A DNA stretch of 64,000 bases from an uncultured Chloroflexia bacterium (GCA_963768655.1 CAVYIM010000005.1:32001-96000), one strand, 5' to 3'; counted from the stretch's first letter, positions 28,171 to 37,932 are shown. Translations and numbers: made by a program. Notes: generated from the letters alone by a model not told the origin.

Positions 28171-30246
28171 TCAGGAAACCGGGCTTGCCAGCGTCCTGCC
28201 GTCTCTCAACGCCGCCGCCGCCTGCCTGAAGGCCTCGGCCTCGACAGGGGCGCCCATGGCCTCCGCCTCGGTCGCCGCCCGCTCCAGTAGCGGCAGAGCG
28301 CGAGGCACGTCGCCGGCCGCGATCCGATGCCGTGCCAGTTCGGCGGCATCCGTGGCCGGTTCCACCGCCTCGAGCCGGTCGGCCAGGAAGGCGTGCAGAT
28401 GCTGCTTTCTGTCGGTGAGCAGGCGTCCGTACGCGGCGTCGTGGAAGAGCTGGTGCCGGAAACGCCAGCAACCCGTCGGCTGGCCCTCTCCATCGCGTTG
28501 CTCCGACTCGCCCTCGCAACGTACGAGTACCCCCGCGTCTGCGAGCTGGCACAGGTCGTCGCCCAGGTCCGACCGGCCCTCGAGCTCGCACAGCAGCCAC
28601 TCCGGGAACGTGACGCCGATGACGGCCGCGACTTCCAGAGCCGACCGCTGGCCCGGCGGCAGGGCGTCGATCCGGGCCCCCAGCAGCGCCCGCAGGCTGA
28701 GAGGCACGCTTCGCCGCGCGGCCTCACGATCGATCCGCAGCCGCTCGCCGACATGCTCCATCCGCCCGCTGGCCCGAAGCATCCGAATGACCTCGCCGAT
28801 GAACAGGGCATTGCCGGCGGTTCGCTCGAAGAGCCAGTGAGCCGAATCCGGCTCCAGCTCGGCGCCGCACACCGCCGTTCCCAGCTCTTCGGTCGCCGCC
28901 TCGTCCAGGCCGCTGAGCTCGATCACCTCGACGTGGGGCAGGTTCGTCCATTCGGGCTCGAGCGGCGGCCGGATGCTCGTGAAGACAACGATCGGCAGCT
29001 CGGCAGCCAGCCGGACCATCTCCGCCAGCATCAACTGGCTCGACGGGTCCATCCAGTGGTAGTCGTCGAGAACGAAGCAGCGGGGCTGAGTCGCGACGAG
29101 CCCCGAGAGGAACGACTTCGCCGCGAGCCGGAGCCCGGTGGCCAGCTCGGCTGGGTCCGAGAGCCCGGCGAACCGCTGATCCCAACCTTCCTCCGGCAGC
29201 AGCATCATCTCGGAGTCACGGGCAATGACCGCCGCCGCGCCGAACAGCAGGCGCGCCGTCTCTTCGTCCATCTGCGAGCCGACGGCCTGGCGAGCGAGGA
29301 TCCCGGCCTTGACGCCGAACTCGTCGGCCAGGGCATCGATCATGGCCCGGACCGTGTGGTACGGAGCGCCCATGCGGTGGGGCGGATTGTCGATCCAGAC
29401 CCAGCCGAATCCGGCCGCCCGCGCCTCCGACTCCATCTCCGAAAGGAGTCGCGACTTGCCGATCCCGGCCTCGCCACAGACGACGACCGCCCCTCCGCGG
29501 CCGGTTCGCGCGGTACGGCGGATCGCCTCGGCCAGGCGGCGCCGCTCCGCCTCCCTGCCGACCAGCCGAACGCCCCGGCCGAAGCTCCCCCGGCGGCGCC
29601 GCTCGTCGCGCAGGCGGTGGATCAGGATCGGCCGGCTCTGGCCGCGCAGCAGGCGCTCGCCGACGCGCTCCACGCCGATCCTGGGTTCCGCGGCCTGGAC
29701 GGTGGCCTCGTCGAGCAGCGCCTCCGCAGGCTCGGCGAGCTGCTGCAGCCGGGCCGCCGTCGTCATACAGTCGCCGGTCAGAGCCACGGAGCGGATTCCG
29801 GCCAGATCGCGCACCGCCGCGACGACCTCGCCGGTGGCGATGCCGACTCGCAGCCGCAGCGGCCTGTCGCTCCCCTCGCCGAGCCGTGCCAGCGCCGCCT
29901 GCATCTCCAGGGCGCACAGGCATGCCCGCAGGGCGTCGTCGTCGTGAGCCGTGGGGGCGCCGAAGACGGCCAGCACGGCATCCCCGACGAACTTCTCGAG
30001 CGAGCCGTCGAATTGGACGACAGCGTCGCCAAGGACCGTCAGGGCACCGTCTACGCGGGACCGGACTTCCTCGGGATCGAGCTCGTCGACGAGCTGCGTG
30101 TAGCCCACCAGATCCGCGAACAGGGCGGTCACCACGCGACGATCGCCGGCTTTCAAGCCGGTCGAGGTGGATTCCAGCTTCCTGCCGCACTGGTAGCAGA
30201 AGCGTGCTGCCGGCGCCTTCGGCGCCGCACAATCGGGACACAGCAT
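28171..30246 (-). CDS. Class III adenylate/guanylate cyclase with zinc ribbon and AAA ATPase domain
   Basis: CPDC..CYQC; LFADLVG, EKFVGDAV, RVGIATG; Walker A GEAGIGKS. Confidence 0.9.
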   Translation of the reverse strand: MLCPDCAAPKAPAARFCYQCGRKLESTSTGLKAGDRRVVTALFADLVGYTQLVDELDPEEVRSRVDGALTVLGDAVVQFDGSLEKFVGDAVLAVFGAPTAHDDDALRACLCALEMQAALARLGEGSDRPLRLRVGIATGEVVAAVRDLAGIRSVALTGDCMTTAARLQQLAEPAEALLDEATVQAAEPRIGVERVGERLLRGQSRPILIHRLRDERRRRGSFGRGVRLVGREAERRRLAEAIRRTARTGRGGAVVVCGEAGIGKSRLLSEMESEARAAGFGWVWIDNPPHRMGAPYHTVRAMIDALADEFGVKAGILARQAVGSQMDEETARLLFGAAAVIARDSEMMLLPEEGWDQRFAGLSDPAELATGLRLAAKSFLSGLVATQPRCFVLDDYHWMDPSSQLMLAEMVRLAAELPIVVFTSIRPPLEPEWTNLPHVEVIELSGLDEAATEELGTAVCGAELEPDSAHWLFERTAGNALFIGEVIRMLRASGRMEHVGERLRIDREAARRSVPLSLRALLGARIDALPPGQRSALEVAAVIGVTFPEWLLCELEGRSDLGDDLCQLADAGVLVRCEGESEQRDGEGQPTGCWRFRHQLFHDAAYGRLLTDRKQHLHAFLADRLEAVEPATDAAELARHRIAAGDVPRALPLLERAATEAEAMGAPVEAEAFRQAAAALRDGRTLASPVS

Positions 30247-30410
30247 CGGGCAACCACAGAATGGACGGGTGCCCCGATGGTACCCCGTCGCAACACTGCC
30301 TGAAAGGTCAGATCGCGCTTGACCGGACGGTCACACTTCGCGCTGCGGACCAGAGAGCCCGCCCGATAGCGGCGGCATCCGGACCCGTCCGCATCGGCGA
30401 GTTCGCCAGG

Positions 30411-31481
30411 TCAGGAGATGGTCAGGACCGGCTGCTCGTTCGCGGCCTGGACGCTCACCTTGCCGGCGATCGCGCGGGCGACGTGGGTGAGGGCCTTCGC
30501 CGCCGGTCCCGGCTCGCGCTGGGCCACCGCCGGCACGCCCACGTCGGCGCCCTGGCGAACCGTTATGTCGAGCGGGACGGCGCCCAGGAAGTCGATGCCA
30601 TTCTCCGCCGCGAAGCGCTCGCCGCCGCCCCGGCCGAAGATGTCGGTCGTCTCGCCGCAATGGGCGCAGACGAAGCCAGACATGTTCTCCACGATGCCGA
30701 GGACGGGAACGCTGACCCGGCGGAACATCGCCAGGGCCTTGGTCACGTCCGACAACGAAACCTGCTGGGGCGTGGTGACGAGAACGGCGCCGGTGATGGG
30801 CACCGATTGGGCCAGGGTCAGCTGCGCGTCCGAGGTTCCGGGCGGCAGGTCAACGACCAGGTAGTCGAGGTCGCCCCATTCGACGTCGCGCAGAAACTGC
30901 TGTATCGCGCCCCCGACCAGCGGGCCCCGCCAGACGACCGGCTGGCCTTCCGGCAAGAAGAACTGAATCGAGATCACCTTGACGCCGTGGGCCTCGATAG
31001 GCGTGATCTTCCCCGCGGGGCTGGCCACCGGCTGGCCCTCGGCCCCGATCATCATCGGGATGTTGGGGCCGGTGATATCGGCGTCTAGCAGGCCCACCGA
31101 TGCTCCTGCCTGGGCCAGCGCCACGGCCAGGTTCACGCTTATCGTGCTCTTGCCCACGCCGCCCTTGCCGGAGGCGACAGCCACGATGTTCTTGACACCG
31201 GGCAGGAGCTGCGGTGTCGCGGGCGTGGCACGGCGAACCGTGGCGCCCCAGGCAACCTCGATCGTCTCCGCCCCAATCGGCCGCAGTGCCCGTTCGACGA
31301 GGACCTGGATCTCGTCCTTGAGAGGGCAGGCGGGCGTCGTCAGCTCGATCGTGAAGGCGACCCTTGTCCCGTCGATCGTGAGGTCCCTGATCATGTTGCG
31401 CGAGACGAGGTCCCCGCCGAGCTCGGGCTCCTGGACGGTGGCCAATGCCTTGAGGACGGCTGCTTCGGTCAGTGTGGGCAT
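30411..31481 (-). CDS. mrp: Mrp/NBP35 (ApbC) Fe-S cluster carrier ATPase
   Basis: LTTPACP, ASGKGGVGKST, DLPPGTSD, ENMS..C..C. Confidence 0.93.
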   Translation of the reverse strand: MPTLTEAAVLKALATVQEPELGGDLVSRNMIRDLTIDGTRVAFTIELTTPACPLKDEIQVLVERALRPIGAETIEVAWGATVRRATPATPQLLPGVKNIVAVASGKGGVGKSTISVNLAVALAQAGASVGLLDADITGPNIPMMIGAEGQPVASPAGKITPIEAHGVKVISIQFFLPEGQPVVWRGPLVGGAIQQFLRDVEWGDLDYLVVDLPPGTSDAQLTLAQSVPITGAVLVTTPQQVSLSDVTKALAMFRRVSVPVLGIVENMSGFVCAHCGETTDIFGRGGGERFAAENGIDFLGAVPLDITVRQGADVGVPAVAQREPGPAAKALTHVARAIAGKVSVQAANEQPVLTIS

Positions 31482-31598
31482 TCGGTGGGCTACCTCGGGT
31501 TTTGCGGGTTTCGCAGGTCGTCGGGCGCGGACGGTGCGCGCCTCGTCGCGGATATCCTACGGCTTTGGTAGGGAATACGCCCGCGGGGCGGGCATGGC

Positions 31599-32036
31599 CT
31601 ATTGGACGCAGAACTCGTTGTCCTCCGGGTCGTTCATCCGGACCCAGAACTCGCCTTCCTGCTCGATGGCGCCGCGGCGATCGCTGGCGCCCAGCGCCTT
31701 CAGGCGGGCAACCTCCGCCGCGATCCGGGCCTTGCGTTCCTCCGACGGCGCCTGGCTTCCGCCGCCGACGTCGAGGTCGAGGTGCATCCGGTTCTTTGCG
31801 ACCTTGCCCTCGGGCACGCGCTGGAAGTAGAGGCGCGGGCCGGCTTTCCCGGGATCCTCGGCCGCGGCCCAGTCATTCCAGCGCTCCTCGGGGATCCCCT
31901 CCGCCCGGGCCCAGTCCCGCCAGCTCGAGAAACCCTCGGGAGGCTCCTGCAGGCGGTAGTGCAGCGCCTCTGCCCAGAACTGCGCCTGTCTGCCTGGATC
32001 CGCGCAGTCGAAGACGACCTGAATCTTCGTGGCCAC
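31599..32036 (-). CDS. VOC/glyoxalase family protein
   Basis: FDCADP, FQRVPEGK..KNRMHLD, DPEDNEFC. Confidence 0.9.
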   Translation of the reverse strand: MATKIQVVFDCADPGRQAQFWAEALHYRLQEPPEGFSSWRDWARAEGIPEERWNDWAAAEDPGKAGPRLYFQRVPEGKVAKNRMHLDLDVGGGSQAPSEERKARIAAEVARLKALGASDRRGAIEQEGEFWVRMNDPEDNEFCVQ

Positions 32037-32087
32037 CGTTCACTCCTTTCGTCCGCCCAGTCTCAGCGGCGGCGCGGGCAAGATCGG

Positions 32088-32561
32088 TCAGGATTGCCGG
32101 CCTGTCGCATTCGGCGGTTCAGCCTCGCGCCGTCGGGCGGACTCTTCGAACCGATTGGCCAGATACGGATCGCGGCCTCGCAGCAGCGCCAGGCCGGACG
32201 AGGCCACATAGGCCGGCAGGAACAGCGGCCCGAGGCACTCCCACTGGCGGACGTGCTCCATCTCGTGGGCGATCGTTCGATCGGACAGTCGCTCGCGCGC
32301 GAAGACGTACCGGCCGAGCGTCTGGGCATGGACGGGGATCCACTGATGGTCGAGATAGTGGGCGGCCGCCGGATGCTCGATGACGACGGCCGAGGTGCCG
32401 CCCAGATGCACCTCCCGGGCGGCGGCCACGCGCGGTATGCCACAGGCACGCATCACCAGGAGCGCCATCGCATCGCCCGGCAGGGCCCGCCAGGCCGAGC
32501 GTGCCCCACCGATCAGGCCGAGCCAGGCGTCGATGAACCGGGCCGCCCAGTGGAAGGTCAC
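32088..32561 (-). CDS. Hypothetical protein with HExxH zinc-peptidase-like motif
   Basis: AQTLG, HEMEHVRQW, Y.ANRFE.SA. Confidence 0.65.
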   Translation of the reverse strand: MTFHWAARFIDAWLGLIGGARSAWRALPGDAMALLVMRACGIPRVAAAREVHLGGTSAVVIEHPAAAHYLDHQWIPVHAQTLGRYVFARERLSDRTIAHEMEHVRQWECLGPLFLPAYVASSGLALLRGRDPYLANRFEESARRREAEPPNATGRQS

Positions 32562-32565
32562 GCCA

Positions 32566-33816
32566 TCACGCCCCGCGGCGATCGGCCACGACCCGGCCGC
32601 TCTGCATCACGAAGACGATCCGGGCCGGGTCGCGCCACAGCTCCGGCTCGGCAATAGGGTCGCCCGAGACGGCGATCAGGTCCGCCCGCTTGCCCGCCTC
32701 CAGCGTGCCGACCCGGTCGCCCAGGCCGAGGAGCTTCGCCGCCTCGCTCGTGGCCGCCTGGATCGCCCGGAATGGCCCGAGTCCGAATTGCGACATGTAC
32801 GCCAGCTCCGCCGGCGGGTACATGCTCGCGAAGCTGTCCGTGCCCATGACGACCCGCACGCCTCTCTCGACGGCATGGCGGAAGTTGCGCTGCTGGTGTT
32901 CGAATAGGTAGCGCATCTTCTCGACCGCCCAGGGTGGAACCTCGCCGCGAGCGATGCGGTCCTCGTCCATCAGCGCGAAGTTGATGTTGAAGGTGGGGAT
33001 GAGCGGCACGTCGCGCTCGAGCATCAGGTCGATCCCCTCGTCGTCGATGAGGTCGCCGTGCTCGATGCTGGTGATGCCGGCGTGCAGAGCGTTCTTGATG
33101 CCGGCCGTCCCTTCGGCGTGCGCAAATGTGCCGTGGATTCCCGCCGCGCGCGCCTCCTCGACTATGACCCGGATTTCGTCGACCGTGAACTGAGACGCGT
33201 CGGGTGTGTCGGCGGCTGACAGGACGCCGCCACTGGCCATGACCTTGATCCAATCGGCGCCGGCGCGGATCTGGAGCCGGGCGGCTCGCCGTACGGCATC
33301 GACACCGTCGGCCACTCCGGCCGGAAGGTCGCTCATCTCCGTGTCGACGATCGAGCCCGAAGGCGTCCAGGCGTCGCCATGCCCGCCGGTCTGGGAGAGT
33401 GGCCGACAGCTGACCTGCGTCCGCGGCCCGGGGAACGCGCCCGAGGCGAAGGCCCGCTTGATTCCGGCGGGGGCGTAGCCGGCATCGCGGACCGTCGTGA
33501 CGCCACCCTCAAGGAACTCGCGCCCGACCTGGAGGCAGCGCACGACTATGTCCGTCGCGGAACGCTGGACCTGGTCGTGGACCGGCTCGAGGCGCAGCGC
33601 CAGGTGGACGTGGCAGTCGATGATGCCGGGCAGCACGGTCAAGCCGGTGAGGTCGATGCGCTGCGCGTCCTGCGGCGCGGTCGCGGCGGCGGGACCGGCG
33701 GCCGCGATGCGGCCCTCATCGTCGGTGACGAGAACGCCCTGACGCACGGCCTCCGGCGATCGCCCATCCAACAGTCGCGCCCCGAGGAGGACGACGGGGC
33801 GAATCGGCACGGGCAT
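32566..33816 (-). CDS. Amidohydrolase family protein (prolidase-like)
   Basis: PGIIDCHVH, GVTTVRDAG, GADWIK, AHA, SIEHG, GTD, GKRADL. Confidence 0.92.
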   Translation of the reverse strand: MPVPIRPVVLLGARLLDGRSPEAVRQGVLVTDDEGRIAAAGPAAATAPQDAQRIDLTGLTVLPGIIDCHVHLALRLEPVHDQVQRSATDIVVRCLQVGREFLEGGVTTVRDAGYAPAGIKRAFASGAFPGPRTQVSCRPLSQTGGHGDAWTPSGSIVDTEMSDLPAGVADGVDAVRRAARLQIRAGADWIKVMASGGVLSAADTPDASQFTVDEIRVIVEEARAAGIHGTFAHAEGTAGIKNALHAGITSIEHGDLIDDEGIDLMLERDVPLIPTFNINFALMDEDRIARGEVPPWAVEKMRYLFEHQQRNFRHAVERGVRVVMGTDSFASMYPPAELAYMSQFGLGPFRAIQAATSEAAKLLGLGDRVGTLEAGKRADLIAVSGDPIAEPELWRDPARIVFVMQSGRVVADRRGA

Positions 33817-33888
33817 CGGTGAAAACCTCCGGGGCAGCGGGTGGACGAACGCTATAGATCCTACTCAGCCCGGGTCGCGGGAGGTTCG

Positions 33889-34158
33889 CTACCCGCCGAG
33901 CGTCTTGGCTCCCTTGACCCGGGCATCCGGCGGCACCGTGGTGCTGGGCTGCGGCAACAGCCCGAACCGGATCGCGTGACGCGGCCAATCAGGGTCGCCC
34001 ATGGCCCATGCCTGCACGGCCTCGCCCTGGCTATCGAGCTGGCCGATCGAACCGTCAGTATGAAGGACGAGCTTGCCGCCCTCAGCAAGCTCGACCTCAC
34101 GCCTCTTGAACCGGCGACCCTGCGACCTCGGTCGCGCGCGCTGGCTCCCAGCGGCCAC
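33889..34158 (-). CDS. Small hypothetical protein
   Basis: 89-aa ORF starting immediately after the stop of the 26-aa upstream ORF. Confidence 0.55.
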   Translation of the reverse strand: MAAGSQRARPRSQGRRFKRREVELAEGGKLVLHTDGSIGQLDSQGEAVQAWAMGDPDWPRHAIRFGLLPQPSTTVPPDARVKGAKTLGG

Positions 34159-34239
34159 TTACGCGCCCTTGTTCGGCGGCTGCGGAGTCGGCTTCGGCTT
34201 CTTGGTCTTCGGCGGTCGCTTCGGTGTCTTGTCGCCCAT
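34159..34239 (-). CDS. 26-aa Lys/Pro-rich mini-protein MGDKTPKRPPKTKKPKPTPQPPNKGA
   Basis: Strong RBS GGAGG 7 nt before ATG; TAA abuts GTG of next gene; below ORF-track cutoff. Confidence 0.55.
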   Translation of the reverse strand: MGDKTPKRPPKTKKPKPTPQPPNKGA

Positions 34240-34332
34240 GATCGTGCCTCCGTATGGGTGTTCTGGATGCTTGATCGCCCTTCGATGGGACCGATGGCAC
34301 GCGGGCATCGTATCTCAGCCGCGGCCTCTCGA

Positions 34333-34767
34333 CTATCGCCCCGCGTCAAGGCGCGACGGTACCAGCACTGCGAGCGTCGCGGAGTGGCGACCGACGGACT
34401 GATCGTAGTTGTTGCCCCAGTCAACTTTGAGCCGCAGGACCGACGGCTTCTCATCAGGCACGGGTCCGGCGACCACCGTCCATTCGAGCGTGGCGTCGCG
34501 GCCGAGCAGCGGCGTCCGGGCCAGCGCTTCGCCGGTCGGCCTGTCGAGCCATCGAACGGAGACGTCGAACGCGGGCCCCAGGCCGAGGTTGGAGATTGCG
34601 AACTCCACGCCATTGGGGGTGACGTGCGTGTCGGCGACCAGGCGCGGCTCGACGCGGTCCAATGCATGTCCGACTGCCGTGCGAACGGCCGTGTAGATGA
34701 TCAGCCAGCAAACGATCAGCGCAATCAGCAGCCAGATGACCCATGTCGAGTCATTGCCTACGTACAT
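34333..34767 (-). CDS. Hypothetical membrane-anchored protein
   Basis: N-terminal TM helix, beta-rich C-terminal domain. Confidence 0.6.
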   Translation of the reverse strand: MYVGNDSTWVIWLLIALIVCWLIIYTAVRTAVGHALDRVEPRLVADTHVTPNGVEFAISNLGLGPAFDVSVRWLDRPTGEALARTPLLGRDATLEWTVVAGPVPDEKPSVLRLKVDWGNNYDQSVGRHSATLAVLVPSRLDAGR

Positions 34768-34800
34768 CTCGAACCCCCTGTCACTATTGGCGCCGGCGGC

Positions 34801-35622
34801 CTAAGGCGGAGAAGTTCCCCTCAAACGCGCCAGCAGATCGTCGTGGATCAGGCCGTTCGTCGCAACCGCGGACGGCCCGTCGATGCGCCGCTCGCCCACC
34901 GCGGTCGTGAAACGGCCGCCGGCCTCCTCGACGATCACCGACGGCGCGGCCCAATCCCATGTGTGCGCCCCCACCTCGATCATCGCCTCCGCGGCTCCCT
35001 CGGCCACAAGCATGTAACCCCAGAAATCGCCGAAGCCGCGGTCCCGCCAGGCTGCGGCGAGCGTCGCCCCGAGCCCGGGCAGCTGCCCGTCGCGGAGTCG
35101 CTCGCTGCCGTAGATGAGATGCGCGTCCTCGATCCGCGAGACGGCGCTGACGACCAACCGCTCGTCGCCGCGCCACGCTCCCCCACCCCGCCAGGCCAGC
35201 CACCGCTCGCGCATCGCCGGGGCGCTGACCACGCCCAGCTTCAGCTCGCCATCGAGCGCGACCGCCAGCAACGTGGCGAATATGGGAATGCCACGCACGA
35301 AGTTGGCCGTGGCGTCGATCGGGTCGATGTACCAGCACACGGATGCCCCGGCCGCGTCCGGTCCTTCTTCCTCGCCGACGAGCCCGCAGCCCGGGCAGGC
35401 GGCGCGAAGTCGCTCGCGGGCCAGCCGTTCGATCGAGCGGTCGGCCTCGGTCACGAAGCTGCGGTCGGCCTTGGTGTCGACCTTGATGCCGCGCCGGAAC
35501 CCGGCCATGGCGATCCGGTCGGCCTCGTCGCAGATCTCGAGGGCGATCTCGCGCCAGCGGGTCAGCTCAAGCTCCGAATTGCGTGGGGCCGGCGGGGAGT
35601 TGTCGGTGGTGGAGCTCGTCAC
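34801..35622 (-). CDS. hisN: Histidinol-phosphatase, inositol monophosphatase family
   Basis: VTEADR, GEE, IDPIDATANF, RGFGDFWGYMLVAEG, WDWAA. Confidence 0.85.
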   Translation of the reverse strand: MTSSTTDNSPPAPRNSELELTRWREIALEICDEADRIAMAGFRRGIKVDTKADRSFVTEADRSIERLARERLRAACPGCGLVGEEEGPDAAGASVCWYIDPIDATANFVRGIPIFATLLAVALDGELKLGVVSAPAMRERWLAWRGGGAWRGDERLVVSAVSRIEDAHLIYGSERLRDGQLPGLGATLAAAWRDRGFGDFWGYMLVAEGAAEAMIEVGAHTWDWAAPSVIVEEAGGRFTTAVGERRIDGPSAVATNGLIHDDLLARLRGTSPP

Positions 35623-35729
35623 GAGCTAAATCGTAGCCGCCACGCTGGGAGTGCGTACTCTCCGCGTCGACGGGGCGATCCGCCGTCCTAGCCGTGCGGC
35701 GGGGCGGAATAGCGACTCGGGCCTTGTCT

Positions 35730-35943
35730 TCTAGCCTGACTTGCCTGGGGTGAGAGTCAGCCATCCTGCTGCGACCCTTCGGCGGGCCGTACGGCGGCGT
35801 GGATCCGTCAGAGCTCAGGAGCCACGCTCGGGCGCAGGGCTGGAAAGGCGACCGACGGCCGGTCCCGGGCCGCCGGCGCGATCGCCACACACCAGTCGCG
35901 CTCTTGTCTGCTGTAACTCCCACCCGGGGCAAGTTTGACCAGA
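35730..35943 (-). ncRNA. Candidate structured non-coding RNA (6S/Ms1-like architecture)
   Basis: Three nested closing helices with G-U pairs that work only on the minus strand, central bubble with two hairpins, long apical stem. Confidence 0.55.
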
Positions 35944-35944
35944 T

Positions 35945-35989
35945 GCCGGGCGTCACGGCGCGGGCCGGGCGTCACGGCGCGGGCCGGGC
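35945..35989. repeat. 19-bp tandem repeat x2.4
   Basis: gccgggcgtcacggcgcgg repeated. Confidence 0.8.
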
Positions 35990-36136
35990 TGCGACATCGG
36001 GCGCCGCCGCCATGTTGGCCCGAGGCGGCCATCCGCCCCCAGACGCACTGGCACAGAGAACTAGTTGCGCAACGGACGACTTCGATTCTCCGGCGGCCAC
36101 ACGCACCCACCCGTTCTCGGGCCGTGCCGCCTCTGT

Positions 36137-36709
36137 ATGGTTGTGAGCGATGCAATCCGTGGTGCGGTCCTGGGCGTGACGAAGGCCGGGCCGCGGCCGG
36201 GTGGCGCCGTCGCGGCCGGGGCCTCGTCGAGACTCGACGCGGCGGCCGAGCTGTGGGCGGCGCTGGAACGCCACACGCCGATCCTTCTGGCCGCCGCCCG
36301 GGCGCTCCTCCGCGACGAGGCCGATGCCCGAGACCTCGTCCAGACCACGCTCGAGATCGCCATGCGCAGGTCCTCCGATCTCCGCGACCCCATGGCCCTT
36401 CGGTCGTGGCTCCTTACCATCCAGATCCGAGAGGCGTTCCGCATCCGCCGGCGGCTGGCGCGGCTCGTCCACTTCGATCCGGCGATCGTCGACCTTGGCG
36501 CGGTTCCCGGGCCCGAACCGGACGTCATCGCGCTTCGAACGGCACTTCGGAGACTGCCCCCGCGAGCACGTGCCGCGGTGGCGCTCCACTACCTCGCCGG
36601 CCTGCCCGTTACCGAAGTGGCCCGAGTGATGGCGATCAGCGAGAACACGGCGAAAGGACACCTGAAGGCGGGCCTGACCCGCCTCCGGGAGGAGCTTCGA
36701 GATGAATAG
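36137..36709 (+). CDS. ECF RNA polymerase sigma factor
   Basis: ARDLVQTT, RSWLLTI region 2; LRRLPPRARAAVALHY..EVARVM..TAKGHL region 4; start approximate. Confidence 0.9.
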   Translation: MVVSDAIRGAVLGVTKAGPRPGGAVAAGASSRLDAAAELWAALERHTPILLAAARALLRDEADARDLVQTTLEIAMRRSSDLRDPMALRSWLLTIQIREAFRIRRRLARLVHFDPAIVDLGAVPGPEPDVIALRTALRRLPPRARAAVALHYLAGLPVTEVARVMAISENTAKGHLKAGLTRLREELRDE

Positions 36710-37913
36710 CAACGACGATCGGATCGAGGCGCGCGTTCGAGCCGCCTTCGCCGCCGAGCTCCGCCGGGCCGAGTCGGATCTCGAGCTGAGCCCGATCGGG
36801 CTCGGCCAGCGGTCGAAGGACCGGCCGCCCGCCGGCGGCCGGGGGCGTAAACGGCGCGGGAGCGTGTTGCGCGCCGGGGCGCTGACCGCCACGGCCGCGC
36901 TGATCGCCTGCGTGCTGGTGGGTGCGGGCCTCTATGTCGCCGGGCCGCGGAACGAGGCCATCTCGCAGAAGCAATCGCCCAGCGCGGGCCCATCCGAGAT
37001 CGCATCACCGACCGCTGCCACTCCTTCTGCCACGTCCTCGATCCCTCGCTACGGCGACGGCATCCCGAAGGTCTGGCAGGGTCAGCCGGTCTTGCGTTGG
37101 GCAGACGCCCTGGCCATGCGCACCACGGCGCGGGACGACACGCCCTTCCTTGTCGGCGTCTGGCTGAACATCCCGACCGGGGCGTTCTCCTGCCCCATGG
37201 ACCCGGGCCCGGATCCGAGCGCGCCGAACTCATGGATCTCGAGGGGAGGCTGCCAGTTCAGCTACGTCAGCGCCGACGCGGGCGGCCAGCCCTCAACTCA
37301 GAACGGCGTGGCCACCTTCCGCTTCTACAAAGGGATGCTGGCGACGGGACCGGCGATCATGCGCGTCCACCTCCACGACCCCCGGGCGACCCAGTGCGGC
37401 TACCAGGAACCTATCTGCGACGACATGATCGTCGTGGATGACATCCTCTGGACGGGCGACGCCGCCACTGCGCCCCATCCATTGAGCGTCGCTGACGTCA
37501 TCGCGGGCACCCGGGCGGCCAGCCCGACCAGTGGCCTTCTCGGCCCGTCTCCGGCCGTGTGGGGCTGCGGTGCCGACGTCGTGGATGGCCTCCTTCTGTG
37601 CCCGCCGCTCGAGACTGGGGTGCCTTACAGCTCCCCGATCGTCGGCGCCGCGGTCTTGCCGTCGTCCGACGCAGTAGCCCGGGCCTTGCCGGGCGCCCAA
37701 GCTGGTGTCCAGGGAGCGCTCGATCCATCGGCAGTCGAACGCTCCGAGGGAGGATCATTCGGAAGCTGGGATTACAGGCGGCTGGTCGTCGACAACGTCG
37801 TCCTGGTCGTGCGAACTCAGCCCGGCACGCCCTCCGCTTCGGACCAAGAGTTCCTGACGAGGCTCATGGAGGCGCTCAAGGCTCAGGAAACGGGTGCCGC
37901 CCCCACGAATTGA
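36702..37913 (+). CDS. Membrane protein, probable anti-sigma factor
   Basis: Overlaps sigma stop; short cytoplasmic N-terminus, single TM, S/P/T linker, Cys-containing extracellular domain. Confidence 0.65.
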   Translation: MNSNDDRIEARVRAAFAAELRRAESDLELSPIGLGQRSKDRPPAGGRGRKRRGSVLRAGALTATAALIACVLVGAGLYVAGPRNEAISQKQSPSAGPSEIASPTAATPSATSSIPRYGDGIPKVWQGQPVLRWADALAMRTTARDDTPFLVGVWLNIPTGAFSCPMDPGPDPSAPNSWISRGGCQFSYVSADAGGQPSTQNGVATFRFYKGMLATGPAIMRVHLHDPRATQCGYQEPICDDMIVVDDILWTGDAATAPHPLSVADVIAGTRAASPTSGLLGPSPAVWGCGADVVDGLLLCPPLETGVPYSSPIVGAAVLPSSDAVARALPGAQAGVQGALDPSAVERSEGGSFGSWDYRRLVVDNVVLVVRTQPGTPSASDQEFLTRLMEALKAQETGAAPTN

Positions 37914-37932
37914 TCGGCGCCGGGCGAGTCAA

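Noticed and set aside
28327-30303. Long antisense or alternate-frame ORFs (also 969-2336, 24271-25944, 33841-35691, 38019-39452, 44699-46234, 51088-52749, 55753-57315)
   Set aside because: Shadow ORFs typical of high-GC DNA, overlapping well-supported genes and lacking recognisable motifs.
36065-36709. This ECF sigma as the cognate factor for the Kelch promoters
   Set aside because: I could not find TCAC-N16-CGTC immediately upstream of its likely start; no evidence links it to the array 14 kb away.
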